This document shows, piece after piece, positions 8,494 through 18,676 of a DNA stretch of 64,000 bases. The notes beneath the pieces were generated by a model that was not told the origin of the DNA, made no database searches, and saw nothing but the letters and a program-made list of their open reading frames with translations. The translations under genes and the position numbers were made by a program. The DNA comes from an uncultured Candidatus Micrarchaeota archaeon (GTDB taxonomy: Archaea > Micrarchaeota > Micrarchaeia > Anstonellales > Bilamarchaeaceae): assembly GCA_963714085.1 (NCBI GenBank), contig OY970229.1, forward strand, positions 1,088,001-1,152,000, written 5' to 3'. How positions within the stretch are numbered: position 1 is the stretch's first letter; the number at the start of each line of letters is the position of its first letter.

Positions 8494-11292
8494 ATGAAAG
8501 TGAATCTGAAGAAAATCGGAGCAATCGTCGCAGGTGCGGCGATATTGGCCAGCTCCGTCAGTTTTGCCGGGCTCATGTTCGGCTCAACGACGCTGGTCGA
8601 TAGCAACGGCGCTCCAGTAGTGAAAGTAGTAGTTGGAGCGAACGCAGCGGCCTCGGATGGCGTGGCGGCAGCGCTTATCGCGTCGAAGATCGCGAGCGCG
8701 GCCTACTCGACCAGCACCCTGACCGCGGCAGTGAGCGGAACCGCGAACTGCGGTGGCAGCATGTCGAACGGCACGGCCACCACGGGCGCAGGCAGCTGCA
8801 CGGTGAGCGACCAGACAGCGACACTGGCAATTACAGTGCCGGGATCGGTCACATCGGGCACCTATACAATAAACAACCTGATCGGAGACTACCTCAACAG
8901 GGAGCTTGACGACAGGGACCTTGGGCAGACGAACTACAGCCTTGGTTCGGACACCGCAGACGATGCGAACCCGTTCACCCTTGGCACGAACAGCGGCACC
9001 CTCGGTCCGACAGACACGAACCTGTTCAGGATCAGCGGTGACATGTTCTCTCCGTTCGCCACCTCTACGGTAACCGACCAGGAAGCTGCGGTATCGTATG
9101 TCGAGCAGCAGGACATGTGGATCAGCGGTGACAACCACTACGAGGACACCCCCGACAACATAGTCGGCAAAGTCAACGACGTCGCCTACACCATAAAGTT
9201 CAAAGGCCAGAGCGACGACCTCGGTATCCCGGTGTGCACCACGCCGTCCAACGGCTCGAACTACGCGCAATGCGACTCGGACTACATGACCTCCACCCAC
9301 AAGATGGCAATAACATTCTTGGGTGACCAATGGGTTATCTCCGACATGTCGCCGCCGACGAGCTCGCTCACGACCGAGACCACGCTGGTTCCGGGTGGTG
9401 TGATAAAACTGGCGAAGGAATCCATTGCCGGAATCCTGAACCAGGGCCAGTCCCTCACTGCGAACGGCTTGCAGTTCAAGCTGGACGACCTCGAGGCCAT
9501 CTCTGGAAACATAGCGGCCATTGTGTCCGTGCTCGATGCCAACGGCAACGTGCAGGCTCAGGACACGATAGCAGCAGGCGAGACGAAGGAGTTCCAGATA
9601 AACGGCAACGACTACAGGTTCCACGTCTACAAGGTCGCACCTGGTTATACCTTCGGTGCGAAGTGGGCTGATGTCGCGGTTTATTCCCAGGAGCTGCAGT
9701 TGTCGAGCGGACAGAAGCTTGATCCGAACTACAACACCAACCCCTACTGGACCGTCTACCTCGGTTGGAAGAACGAGGGCGCCGCTACCAGCACCGACAC
9801 ACTGCCGGACCACCTGAGGACCATAGTCCTGTACGCCTCGGCCAGCAACATACAGCGGCTCAGCAGCGGAGGACAGAACTACCTCAGCCCAGGTGACTAC
9901 CTGCCGATTGTCCAGAACCCGGTTTCGTGGAAACTCACCTACTCGGGGCTTGACCTCGGTGGAAGCGACCGCGACGACTTGGCTTTCAACCTGGAAAGAT
10001 CGTCAGCCCTGACGTTGAGCGGGACCAACAACGGCCCGATCATCGACGCGACCAACGAGCAGTCGACCTGCACCCTTTACGCACCGTATGTCCACGTGAC
10101 ATCCGGAAGGACCGGTTCGGTGTTCTCCGTTACAAGCGCGTCTGGTGCCACATACAACGCCCCGTCCGAGTCCACGGCTGACGAATTCTACGTCGCCACG
10201 AGTGGAGCGAACTGCAGCACCGCGAACATGAACTTCACCCTGTCTCTGCCCCCGGGTTCGGTGTTCATCGCAGGTTCCACGTCTTCGGACGCATCTTGGA
10301 CCTACGAGAACTACAGCCCGCAGATGCAGGTGTTGACCCCGGTGATCGGCGATGGTGACCAGACCTGGAAGCTTGGAGGTGTGATCGAGTGGACCGCTTG
10401 GAACGCATCCGCGACCAACCCGGTGACTGGCGACCTCAACAACGCGAGCGCGTTCGGCAATGTCACTTCCGGCACGGTTCCGAGCTGGGTGTTCGGCGTA
10501 TCCGAGAAGGCTGGTACCGGAGTCTCCAACAACTTCGCAGACCAGTTCTTGTTCGGGCTCTACCTGAGCGGCTCTTCGCCCTCGACGTCTACCTTCAACA
10601 TCGACTCCTACAGGTCGGGTGGACAGCAGTTGACGAAGAACGATGTCGGCTATGTGACCGCGGGCCCGGTGGGCTCTGCAGGTGCCTTCGGGAACTACAA
10701 GGAAGGGTTCATCTCCGAGAGGGGATCTGAGTTCAACAGCATCTCAGACACCGGAGTGGACTTCGCCATGGCGAGCAAGCTTGGACACGCGCAGTGGGTT
10801 CTGGCCTCATCCGCGGCTGCGAATGAGACCCCGGGAACCACGGTGTGGACCGGCGGCATCGGCGACTCGACCAACGTCAACGGCGTGACAGTGCAGATAC
10901 AGGCAATCAACCAGACTGCCGTATGCTCTGCGACCGGTGGCGCGGCTTCGTGCTCAGCGGCGGACATGACGCCAGTGAGCGCAGTCATCGTGCAGAATGG
11001 CGCACAGGTGCCGTCTGCGACAACGATGGCGCCGTACGACTTCGCCAAGTACAGCCCGCTGGTCATCCTGGACCAGGATGCGGCCGGAGTCTCCACCGTG
11101 ATCTCAGTCGGTGGTGACGCAGTCAACACGGTGACCGCCAGCATACTGGCCGGGACCCCGAATGACTGGAACGCCAACCCGCAGATGGTGAAGGAAGTCG
11201 TGAAAGGCTCGAAGATCGTCGTCGCAGGCAAAGCCGCCTCTGACACGACCGCCGCAGCGAACACCTTCATCAGCGAGCTTACGTCGAACTGA
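8494..11292 (+). CDS. S-layer protein
   Basis: MKVNLKKIGAIVAGAAIL signal peptide, VVVGANAAASDGVAAALIA N-terminal and VISVGGDAVNTVT...VVAG C-terminal archaeal S-layer motifs; Ser/Thr/Gly-rich; many N-x-S/T sequons; strong SD. Confidence 0.9.
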   Translation: MKVNLKKIGAIVAGAAILASSVSFAGLMFGSTTLVDSNGAPVVKVVVGANAAASDGVAAALIASKIASAAYSTSTLTAAVSGTANCGGSMSNGTATTGAGSCTVSDQTATLAITVPGSVTSGTYTINNLIGDYLNRELDDRDLGQTNYSLGSDTADDANPFTLGTNSGTLGPTDTNLFRISGDMFSPFATSTVTDQEAAVSYVEQQDMWISGDNHYEDTPDNIVGKVNDVAYTIKFKGQSDDLGIPVCTTPSNGSNYAQCDSDYMTSTHKMAITFLGDQWVISDMSPPTSSLTTETTLVPGGVIKLAKESIAGILNQGQSLTANGLQFKLDDLEAISGNIAAIVSVLDANGNVQAQDTIAAGETKEFQINGNDYRFHVYKVAPGYTFGAKWADVAVYSQELQLSSGQKLDPNYNTNPYWTVYLGWKNEGAATSTDTLPDHLRTIVLYASASNIQRLSSGGQNYLSPGDYLPIVQNPVSWKLTYSGLDLGGSDRDDLAFNLERSSALTLSGTNNGPIIDATNEQSTCTLYAPYVHVTSGRTGSVFSVTSASGATYNAPSESTADEFYVATSGANCSTANMNFTLSLPPGSVFIAGSTSSDASWTYENYSPQMQVLTPVIGDGDQTWKLGGVIEWTAWNASATNPVTGDLNNASAFGNVTSGTVPSWVFGVSEKAGTGVSNNFADQFLFGLYLSGSSPSTSTFNIDSYRSGGQQLTKNDVGYVTAGPVGSAGAFGNYKEGFISERGSEFNSISDTGVDFAMASKLGHAQWVLASSAAANETPGTTVWTGGIGDSTNVNGVTVQIQAINQTAVCSATGGAASCSAADMTPVSAVIVQNGAQVPSATTMAPYDFAKYSPLVILDQDAAGVSTVISVGGDAVNTVTASILAGTPNDWNANPQMVKEVVKGSKIVVAGKAASDTTAAANTFISELTSN

Positions 11293-11302
11293 AGGTAGCA
11301 AT

Positions 11303-11344
11303 ACCTTTCTTTTTTTTTATTTTCCTCTTATTTTCCTCTTTCCT
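11303..11344 (+). terminator. oligo-T terminator of the S-layer gene
   Basis: T-rich pyrimidine tract with repeated TATTTTCCTCT immediately after the stop codon. Confidence 0.6.
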
Positions 11345-11574
11345 AATCCCCAGTCCAGCCTCTCCAGGCGCCAGCATGGCCCAGGCACCGTACCTAACCG
11401 CTTTTTTCGCGCTATCGGCCTATGCAGGGCTATCGCAGCCGGATATCCGCATAAAAAGGGGAGAAACATAAGATCGCTGGGCTGAACCGCGGGCGCGGGC
11501 GGACAGTATCCCTTATAAATACTCTGTTTCATATACTAATTACAACAAAATAACGCATCACACGAGGCGGCACC

Positions 11575-12108
11575 ATGACAACCAAGAGGCCAACTAGCGA
11601 GGTTCTTAAGGCGATACTCCCAGAACCATCCGCAGGAACCCCGCGCGGCTCCAAAAAGGCCAAACCGCGGCAAACGCCGGTGCGGGGCTTTAGAAATGCC
11701 GAACTGGCAGCGCCGGATGGGCAGCCCGCCCCGAAGCGCGATGGCATCCTCGCGTGGGCCAACACCCTGCCTTCCGAGGCTGACATCAGGAAGCGCGACG
11801 CTATGCTCCACTGGGCCAACACCCTCCTTTTCGAGGCTGTCGCAAGAAGGAACATACCCGGTATCGAATCTGCGCTGGAGCGGGGAGCCGATATAAATGC
11901 GAGGGATAAACTGGGGAGGACGCCGCTGATGCACGCCGCATTCGATATGAACCAAAAAATAGAAAGGTTCCTGATAAGGAAGGGGGCGAGCAGCCTGCTG
12001 CAGGATATCGATGGCCACACTGCCGATTTCATGGCGATCAGGGCACGTATTCTGAAGGGAATCAAACCGTCGAATGCGTCTGAAGATGCTCACGTGTTTT
12101 CTGAGTGA
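11575..12108 (+). CDS. ankyrin repeat protein
   Basis: LERGADINARDKLGRTPLMHAA...LIRKGA...DIDGHTA ankyrin consensus. Confidence 0.85.
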   Translation: MTTKRPTSEVLKAILPEPSAGTPRGSKKAKPRQTPVRGFRNAELAAPDGQPAPKRDGILAWANTLPSEADIRKRDAMLHWANTLLFEAVARRNIPGIESALERGADINARDKLGRTPLMHAAFDMNQKIERFLIRKGASSLLQDIDGHTADFMAIRARILKGIKPSNASEDAHVFSE

Positions 12109-12113
12109 TTTGC

Positions 12114-13526
12114 ATGACAAGAACCCTCTCACATCCAAGGATGGTCGCAGCGGCAAGCGCCGCAGCCGTAGCCTCGTCGCTTTTCTTATCAAGGCCGGTG
12201 CTTGCGGAAGACCAATGCCGCTCCAGCGTAGTGGGGAAGGCGGCGCCGAGGGCCAACGAGGTCAAATACACGGACAGGCTCGAGTCGGTCACGCTTTTCG
12301 TGGACACCGATAAGGCAGACCAGTCCCTCGCGATAACCGTGCCGGGAGAGGTCGTGGCTCGCGCGAAAGACAGCGCAGGCGTGTCGGAATTGCTCCTTGC
12401 GAATGAGAAAGTCGCGATTAAGAGGTATCTTGAAGGAAAAACCTCCTCAGAGTGGGAGTGCGTAACGCTGCCTGCGAAAGCGGAGGCATACGCTCCGGTC
12501 CCGGAGACGCCGGCTCCAGCAGCTGCCGGTTGGACCATTAACGTCCCGGTCAAACCTCCTGCGGCGCCGCAGCCAGCCGAGACGACCAAGCCGCCGGCTC
12601 CAAAGCTTAGCGAGGCGGAAGAGGCAGCCGAAAGAGCGGTTACCTCCTCCGTAGGCGTTGCTCAAGACGAAATTGCATCGTCTGCAAAAGACAATGGTTT
12701 CGCAGACAAATCGCTGGCCCGTGGCAAGCTGAAAGATAAGGCGCTGGATAAAGTCAGGGGAGCGGTTCAAAGAAGGGAAAACGCCGTCCTCCGCGCAATG
12801 TACCCGGTCATGGACCAGCATATCATAATGCCGGCCTACAGGCACTGGAAAGCCGCGCACAATATGCTCGCAAAAGAAACGGTTTCCAAGGATGAGCTGA
12901 GCGCGGCTAACGACCATCTCAAGGCTGCGGAAAAAGAGCTGGAGCCGGACAGCCTGAAGCGGCGCCCCGAGAAGCGGCAGGCCGACAAGGAGGATGGCGA
13001 CGCTAGAGACGATATACGAACCACATATGACGAGCGCGGGAAGAAAGAGAGAGCAGACAAGCTGACTGCAGAATTAACCCGGGTGAAAAAATACGTCGAG
13101 GCCGTGTACGCAAAATACCCGAAGAGCGAGCAGGCCAAGAGCGATAAATCGGAACTGCTAAAAGAACCGGACCCCCAGAAGATGGAGCGAAAAGCAAAAA
13201 AGAGGGAGATTGTAGCCTCGAAAAAATCGTACACCGCGAAAGGCGAGGGTGATTCCATCGCTGACGAAGAGGCGCTTGCCGAGGCGATAACCAAAGTTCA
13301 TGACCGTCTATTGACGCGGGATAATGATCTAAAGTTCAATTGTGCCATAGACGCCCAGATAAAAGTCAATAGGAACGGCCACGCCGCGGAAGTAACCTTC
13401 CTCAAAGGCCCGACTGGCTATCTTGGCAACGAGGACTTCCTTCAGCAACTGGCCAACATCATCGGCAGAATGGACGAGCCCGGGAAGGCGAACACGACGT
13501 ATACACGGCCATTAACGTTTTTCTGA
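12114..13526 (+). CDS. hypothetical exported protein
   Basis: Signal-peptide-like N-terminus ending PVLA, Pro/Ala linker, long charged helical region. Confidence 0.7.
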   Translation: MTRTLSHPRMVAAASAAAVASSLFLSRPVLAEDQCRSSVVGKAAPRANEVKYTDRLESVTLFVDTDKADQSLAITVPGEVVARAKDSAGVSELLLANEKVAIKRYLEGKTSSEWECVTLPAKAEAYAPVPETPAPAAAGWTINVPVKPPAAPQPAETTKPPAPKLSEAEEAAERAVTSSVGVAQDEIASSAKDNGFADKSLARGKLKDKALDKVRGAVQRRENAVLRAMYPVMDQHIIMPAYRHWKAAHNMLAKETVSKDELSAANDHLKAAEKELEPDSLKRRPEKRQADKEDGDARDDIRTTYDERGKKERADKLTAELTRVKKYVEAVYAKYPKSEQAKSDKSELLKEPDPQKMERKAKKREIVASKKSYTAKGEGDSIADEEALAEAITKVHDRLLTRDNDLKFNCAIDAQIKVNRNGHAAEVTFLKGPTGYLGNEDFLQQLANIIGRMDEPGKANTTYTRPLTFF

Positions 13527-13572
13527 CTCTTTTTTCCGATACTATTTTTAATCACCGAGAGGAAACCACGAT

Positions 13573-14319
13573 ATGCGATGCTCACGTTGCGGCTCCGAAG
13601 GCGAGGTACAATACGCGTCCGACGGGCTCGCCTATTGCAACTCCTGCTTATTCTATGGCATGAACAAGCAGTGCTACAGGTGCAGGATGTACCTGCCGGC
13701 CACCGAGCTCCAGCAGTACAAGGGCCAGCTGATGTGCCCGTATTGCCTCAACGATTCGCGCGATGAGGACCGCAGGGCTGAGGAACGCAGCGTGGAGGGG
13801 GCTGAAAGGGCGACGGGATACCTCTCGGGCGAGCACTGCGACCGGTGCGGCCGCGAGCTCTCAACGGTCTATTACTACGGGGGCAGGAAGCTGTGCGAGG
13901 ACTGCCTCGACGACGCCAAGCGCGAATGGAAGGAAACCGGAGGCGAGAAGCCGCCGCTCCCGCCATACCGCATCACTGAGAAGGCGGCCGCGGAGGGGTC
14001 CAGGCGCTCGTTCATCGAGCGGCTCGTCTCCGAGATATTGATCCTGCTCCGGCTCAGGAAACGGAGACAGGAGCCGGAGATCGTGGCACTCGAGAAGCCC
14101 GTGGCCGCGCCCAAAGAGGAAATCTCATTAGGCCAGGAAATAGTCAAGGAGCAACCCGGGTCTGAGATCATGACCGAAGGCCTGCAGAGCAAGCAGAAGA
14201 GGAAACGGAAGAAGGCGCAGGACGTCAGCTTCTCATCTTACGTGCCCCAGGAAAAGACGGAAAAAGCAGAGAAGAAAAAAGACAAAAAGAAGGGTTTCGG
14301 CGGATTGAAGGAAGACTGA
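13573..14319 (+). CDS. multi-zinc-finger protein with Lys-rich tail
   Basis: Six CxxC pairs (CSRC, CNSC, CYRC, CPYC, CDRC, CEDC). Confidence 0.75.
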   Translation: MRCSRCGSEGEVQYASDGLAYCNSCLFYGMNKQCYRCRMYLPATELQQYKGQLMCPYCLNDSRDEDRRAEERSVEGAERATGYLSGEHCDRCGRELSTVYYYGGRKLCEDCLDDAKREWKETGGEKPPLPPYRITEKAAAEGSRRSFIERLVSEILILLRLRKRRQEPEIVALEKPVAAPKEEISLGQEIVKEQPGSEIMTEGLQSKQKRKRKKAQDVSFSSYVPQEKTEKAEKKKDKKKGFGGLKED

Positions 14320-14320
14320 T

Positions 14321-16414
14321 TCACCATCTCGTTTTTAGCGGCGGCCTTGGTGGCTGCCCACCTGTTTTTTGCTGTCCTGGTTCTGATGTCTGCCCCCCTG
14401 GTCTCCAGCGTCTTTGTGGGAATTCCTTCTCTTTAACATGCAGTCTGCTTACTGTACCCGCTAAGTTCATACTCCCTGCATTCGGGTCAGGGCTTCCCAG
14501 GTCGCGGTGCACTATGCGCTCCCTGCCTTGCATTCTGACGACGCCCATCCGTCTAAGTGCCTGGTCGATCTCTTCAGGTGTCCGTCTCTCCACCGGCTTC
14601 GATTTCTCCGGCCCCTTTGCTTCGGTTGCCGCAGTAGCCGGCATCCCGATCTGGATCGCAGCGACATCGCGCCGCTCGAGTTCTGCGCATATCTGCCCCA
14701 ATCCAGGGTAATCCCGTATCTGTGCGACAAGTTCCGGGTCCCCTCTTATCGTAATCTGCGTTTCTGCCGGCTGGGGCTGGAAAACGCGACCGGTTCCGTC
14801 TCTTGACTTATTCGGGACGTTAAAGCTCGCGACAAGCACCTGCTCATCAACAACCGCCCTGATGGTCAGCATGTCGCTAAGGCATACATTTCTTCGTTCC
14901 ACGCCTTGCCAAGTGGCTTTTCCTTCAAATATGGTGCCAAGCAGTATCGAGAGGTCCCCCTCAGCTGTCTTCGTTACTGCTCCTACCAGCTCCCCGAGAG
15001 GCTGGCGTATCCGCCTGCCGAGCCTTATTTCGCATTCCGAAACAAACGGGTTTACGGAGTCCGCATCCGCGATTCCCGAAACATTGCGCGTCTTCAACTG
15101 GGTGCAGATGCCGGGAAAATCCTTATGGCCGGTTATTCTTGAGACAGCGGCTTGGGGCCCGCTTATCGTGATGACATGCCTCGCCCTCAGCTCTGCCTCC
15201 GGGCACCCTTTCGCAAGGCTGCAATGCTGCGTACTAAAGACCACGACCGCGCTCTCGTCGCCGCCAACCGGGACGATTGCGGATGTCTTCGTATTATAGT
15301 CATATCTCCCCAGCGACACGGTCTCGGACGACAGCTTCAGCCTGCGCAGGACGTCATTCCCGAGCGTTCCGGCCAGCAGCACCGCAACGTCCCCCTGGCT
15401 GTGCAGGCAATCCATTGATTTTCCTGCAGCGTTTTGCAGCCGCAGCACAGGCTGGAACACATCTCTGTTCGCAAGCGTTATGGATTCGAGGACAACCTCG
15501 GATTGTTTTGCCTGCGCTGGACCCTTTAACAGTCCGTGTATCCTTCGGAATTCGGATTCAGGAGGAAGAGCCCGCTTATCTCCTATTACCGTGATTTCAT
15601 CCCTTCCTTTGCCTGATTCGATTTCCTGTACCACACTTCTTGGCACCACGAACCAAATCTCCGCTGAATCCGCTATACCCCCTAAGTACGGGTGCACCCT
15701 TACCATCGCCATTTGACCAGACTCTGTGCAAGCCCCAAGAGTCACCAGTCCGTTGCAAGTGCCACGTGGGAACAGGTTGTTCGCAACAAGCAGGATATCC
15801 CCAGGCTTGCTGATTCTGCCCCCGCTACCGAGAATAAACATCTCCTGGTCTACTCTTCTGCCCAGGGGCATCACGTATTTCCGACGGCCATTGCTTAAGT
15901 CCTCAAACATCAAATCAAGATTCGCTTCCACGGTTCCACTCCCGCGCGCCGCGCTCCTCCTCAGCAGATTTTCCACCGCGACCGGAATGCTGCCGTCTTC
16001 TACCATATCGTTGACTAGGACGCGGTTCCCCGCAATCCTGATGATCCGCCTGGCTTTTTCGTCTTCTCCCCCCGGACTTTGCATCACTCCGGCTTTTGGT
16101 GCTTCGAATTTTACGTAAAACCAATCGCCATATGCATCCAGTTCCACTATTATCTCTACGTTCGATTGGCTTGCTGCCCCTCCTGTCGCGTTGTTCCTGA
16201 CCGGCGTGCCCGTGCTTATGGATTCGGTTCCCAGCGCTCCGGGGAACAACTCCATTATAAGCGATACGACATCGCCGGACCTGTCCAGCCTGAATCTGTC
16301 CGGGCCTGACCCAAATTGGCCATTTACGCTCTGGAACACCGCGCTGTCCAGAGTTATGGCGCATTCCGCAGTTGATCCAAAATCAGTCACTCGATAACGA
16401 TTAGTAATGTCCAT
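14321..16414 (-). CDS. hypothetical protein with diverged internal repeats
   Basis: 697-aa ORF with recurring GD(V/I/L)..L...(F/L) and ITI.G motifs. Confidence 0.75.
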   Translation of the reverse strand: MDITNRYRVTDFGSTAECAITLDSAVFQSVNGQFGSGPDRFRLDRSGDVVSLIMELFPGALGTESISTGTPVRNNATGGAASQSNVEIIVELDAYGDWFYVKFEAPKAGVMQSPGGEDEKARRIIRIAGNRVLVNDMVEDGSIPVAVENLLRRSAARGSGTVEANLDLMFEDLSNGRRKYVMPLGRRVDQEMFILGSGGRISKPGDILLVANNLFPRGTCNGLVTLGACTESGQMAMVRVHPYLGGIADSAEIWFVVPRSVVQEIESGKGRDEITVIGDKRALPPESEFRRIHGLLKGPAQAKQSEVVLESITLANRDVFQPVLRLQNAAGKSMDCLHSQGDVAVLLAGTLGNDVLRRLKLSSETVSLGRYDYNTKTSAIVPVGGDESAVVVFSTQHCSLAKGCPEAELRARHVITISGPQAAVSRITGHKDFPGICTQLKTRNVSGIADADSVNPFVSECEIRLGRRIRQPLGELVGAVTKTAEGDLSILLGTIFEGKATWQGVERRNVCLSDMLTIRAVVDEQVLVASFNVPNKSRDGTGRVFQPQPAETQITIRGDPELVAQIRDYPGLGQICAELERRDVAAIQIGMPATAATEAKGPEKSKPVERRTPEEIDQALRRMGVVRMQGRERIVHRDLGSPDPNAGSMNLAGTVSRLHVKEKEFPQRRWRPGGQTSEPGQQKTGGQPPRPPLKTRW

Positions 16415-16681
16415 GATTTTATCTTATTGGGAACCATTTAAATTTGTTGTTGTTTCTCTATGTTCATCATCTCGTCGGCAACGATTACTAGCGCACGCCC
16501 GAACCAATCGCGCGTTTCGCATCGCCCGAGCGCCGAACGCACGTGCACTCGAACGTGCGGACGCAGATGGATTTTTTGTTCCGCATTTTTTCGCTTTGCG
16601 TTTTTAGTTTCGTGTTTTTTTGTTTTCGCAAATCCCGCCAACAGTTAAAAACCCCTGCCTGCAAAACCGTCTTTTGGGAGA

Positions 16682-17203
16682 ATGATGCTGAACTACGTCA
16701 TGCTGCGGGACATACAGAAGAAGGAGTCCGAGTCCGCAGCGGTAGTGCGCCTCGAGCCGGAGTTCTACGAGGAAGCGGCCAAGCTCATAGCCGACCGGAA
16801 GCGGGTGGCTCTCGATTCCGGTTCCATCCTGGCCATAAAGGAGTACGAGAACGCCAGGAAAATAGTCGCGGCCATCCAGATGAAGCGCGAGGAGAAGATC
16901 GTGCTCATGGCCGTGCGCGGGGAGAAGGATTCGCCTGGCCTCACCAAGGAGGAAGCCGGCCTGCTGGGCGAGTTGTCGGACAGGATAACCTCCTCCAGGT
17001 CGAAGGTGTCCGACATCTGGAACGGCGGCAGGGAGGCAGGTTCGGCCCCTAGCACGCGGAAAGTAAGGATATTAAAGGACATCGAAGCATATAGCGGCAT
17101 CGACAAGGCGGTCTACGGGCCCTTCCGGACCGGCGAGGAGCGCATCCTGCCGGTGTCCGAGGCTGACTGGCTGCTCAAATCCAGGCTGGCGGAGCTCCTC
17201 TGA
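16682..17203 (+). CDS. DNA replication complex GINS subunit (Gins51/15 type)
   Basis: LEPEFY, REEKIV helical A-domain and VRILKDI...GID...YGPF B-domain; canonical position upstream of L44e. Confidence 0.88.
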   Translation: MMLNYVMLRDIQKKESESAAVVRLEPEFYEEAAKLIADRKRVALDSGSILAIKEYENARKIVAAIQMKREEKIVLMAVRGEKDSPGLTKEEAGLLGELSDRITSSRSKVSDIWNGGREAGSAPSTRKVRILKDIEAYSGIDKAVYGPFRTGEERILPVSEADWLLKSRLAELL

Positions 17204-17256
17204 AAGCCCCGTCCGGCCATGTGACTGATTTAGCGAAAAAAAGAGAGGTTGAGAAG

Positions 17257-17535
17257 ATGAAATTCCCGAAGGAAACAAGGACATACTGCCCATACTGCAA
17301 GTCGCACCAGGCCCACAAGGTTAGGCTGGTCAGCAAAGGCAGGGCCAGGACCATGGCCGCGGGCAACCGCGCCCACGAGAGGAGCCTGCTCGGCCACGGC
17401 GGTAAGGTCGCAGGCGAGAAGACGGTTAAGAAGCAGGGCAAGAGGCAGGTGCTGATGCTGGAGTGCTCAAAGTGCAAGAAGAAGCACCAGCGCACGGTCG
17501 GCACCAGGACCAAGAAGAAGATCGAGCTCAAGTGA
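17257..17535 (+). CDS. rpl44e: 50S ribosomal protein L44e
   Basis: MKFPK..RTYCPYCKSH..H, GHGG, LECSKC. Confidence 0.95.
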   Translation: MKFPKETRTYCPYCKSHQAHKVRLVSKGRARTMAAGNRAHERSLLGHGGKVAGEKTVKKQGKRQVLMLECSKCKKKHQRTVGTRTKKKIELK

Positions 17536-17546
17536 GGTGTTGGTGA

Positions 17547-17711
17547 ATGGCAGGCAAGTTCTTTCTCGTGAAATGCAAATGCGGAAATGAGCAGAAGGTG
17601 TTCTCGCACACGACCTCGGTGGTCAACTGCGCCAAATGCAGCGAGCCCATCGCGCATCCTAGCGGCGGCGAGGCGATCATACACGGGGACATAGTGAAGG
17701 AGTTGGGATGA
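17547..17711 (+). CDS. rps27e: 30S ribosomal protein S27e
   Basis: Hand-translated (absent from ORF track): MAGKFFLVKCKCGNEQKVFSHTTSVVNCAKCSEPIAHPSGGEA...; conserved operon position. Confidence 0.93.
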   Translation: MAGKFFLVKCKCGNEQKVFSHTTSVVNCAKCSEPIAHPSGGEAIIHGDIVKELG

Positions 17712-17712
17712 A

Positions 17713-18471
17713 ATGGTCGAGTTTCCGGAGCCGGACGAGCTCGTCATAGTTGTCATAAAGAAGATCATGCCCTATGGCGCGTTCTGCGTGCTTCCGGAAT
17801 ACGGCAACATGGAGGCTTTCCTCCACGTATCCGAGATAGCCCCCAGGTGGATAAAGAACATCCACGAGTTCATATCCGAGGGCCAGCGCCACGTGGCCAA
17901 GATACACCGCGTGGACAGGGAGAAGAACCAGGTCGACGTTTCGCTCAAGCGGGTCAACGAGGAGGAGAAGAAGGGGAAGCTCGAGGTCATCCGCACGGAG
18001 AAGAGGGCGGAGAAGCTGCTCTCGCTCGTGCTGAAGAACTCGAAGTCCAAGCTCAAGCCCGAGGAGGCCGCGGAGCTCCTCACCAAGGAGTTCGGCGACG
18101 TCTGGTCCGCGTTTGCGGTGGCGTTCGAGAAGAAGGAGGCGGGCCTCAAGGGCGTGGACCTGCCAGACCCGGTCAAGGCGGAGATAGTCGCGATCGCGGA
18201 GAAGAACATCAAGAGGCCGACGGTCGAGGTCTCGGGAATGATAAACCTCGCCTGCCTCGGCGTGGACGGCCTGGGCGACATAAAGAAGGTGCTCGCTTCC
18301 GAAGAGGAGGACGTGGAGATCCACTACCTGGGCGCGCCGCGCTATAGGATCCAGCTCACAGCGCCCAATTACAAGGACGGGGAGAAGCGGCTCGCCAAGA
18401 TAATCGAGAGGATGCAGGAGATGGCGCAGAAATGCAGCTGCGACTTCAGCTTCGAGCTCGAGAAATCCTGA
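17713..18471 (+). CDS. eif2a: translation initiation factor 2 subunit alpha
   Basis: S1 domain FPEPDELV...YGAF...LHVSEIAPRWIKNI; YLGAPRY. Confidence 0.95.
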   Translation: MVEFPEPDELVIVVIKKIMPYGAFCVLPEYGNMEAFLHVSEIAPRWIKNIHEFISEGQRHVAKIHRVDREKNQVDVSLKRVNEEEKKGKLEVIRTEKRAEKLLSLVLKNSKSKLKPEEAAELLTKEFGDVWSAFAVAFEKKEAGLKGVDLPDPVKAEIVAIAEKNIKRPTVEVSGMINLACLGVDGLGDIKKVLASEEEDVEIHYLGAPRYRIQLTAPNYKDGEKRLAKIIERMQEMAQKCSCDFSFELEKS

Positions 18472-18517
18472 GCAGGCGGCACGTATTTTAACCTTGCCGC
18501 AGAGTTGATTCCATAAC

Positions 18518-18676
18518 ATGAAAAAGCTCCGTAAATGTACGGTCTGCGGCAACTATACCCTCGGTGACGCGCACTGCGGGAAGCCGACGGCTTCCGGCCA
18601 TCCGGCCGGATACGACCCGAACGACCGCTACGGCGATTACAGGAGAAGATGGAAAGGTGTTTCTTATGAGGACTGA
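18518..18676 (+). CDS. nop10: H/ACA RNP protein Nop10
   Basis: Hand-translated: MKKLRKCTVCGNYTL...HPAGYDPNDRYGDYRRR; canonical position after aIF2alpha. Confidence 0.9.
   Translation: MKKLRKCTVCGNYTLGDAHCGKPTASGHPAGYDPNDRYGDYRRRWKGVSYED

Noticed and set aside
11345..11520. Possible ncRNA between the S-layer terminator and the ankyrin gene
   Set aside because: No convincing stems or recognisable RNA family motifs found by eye.
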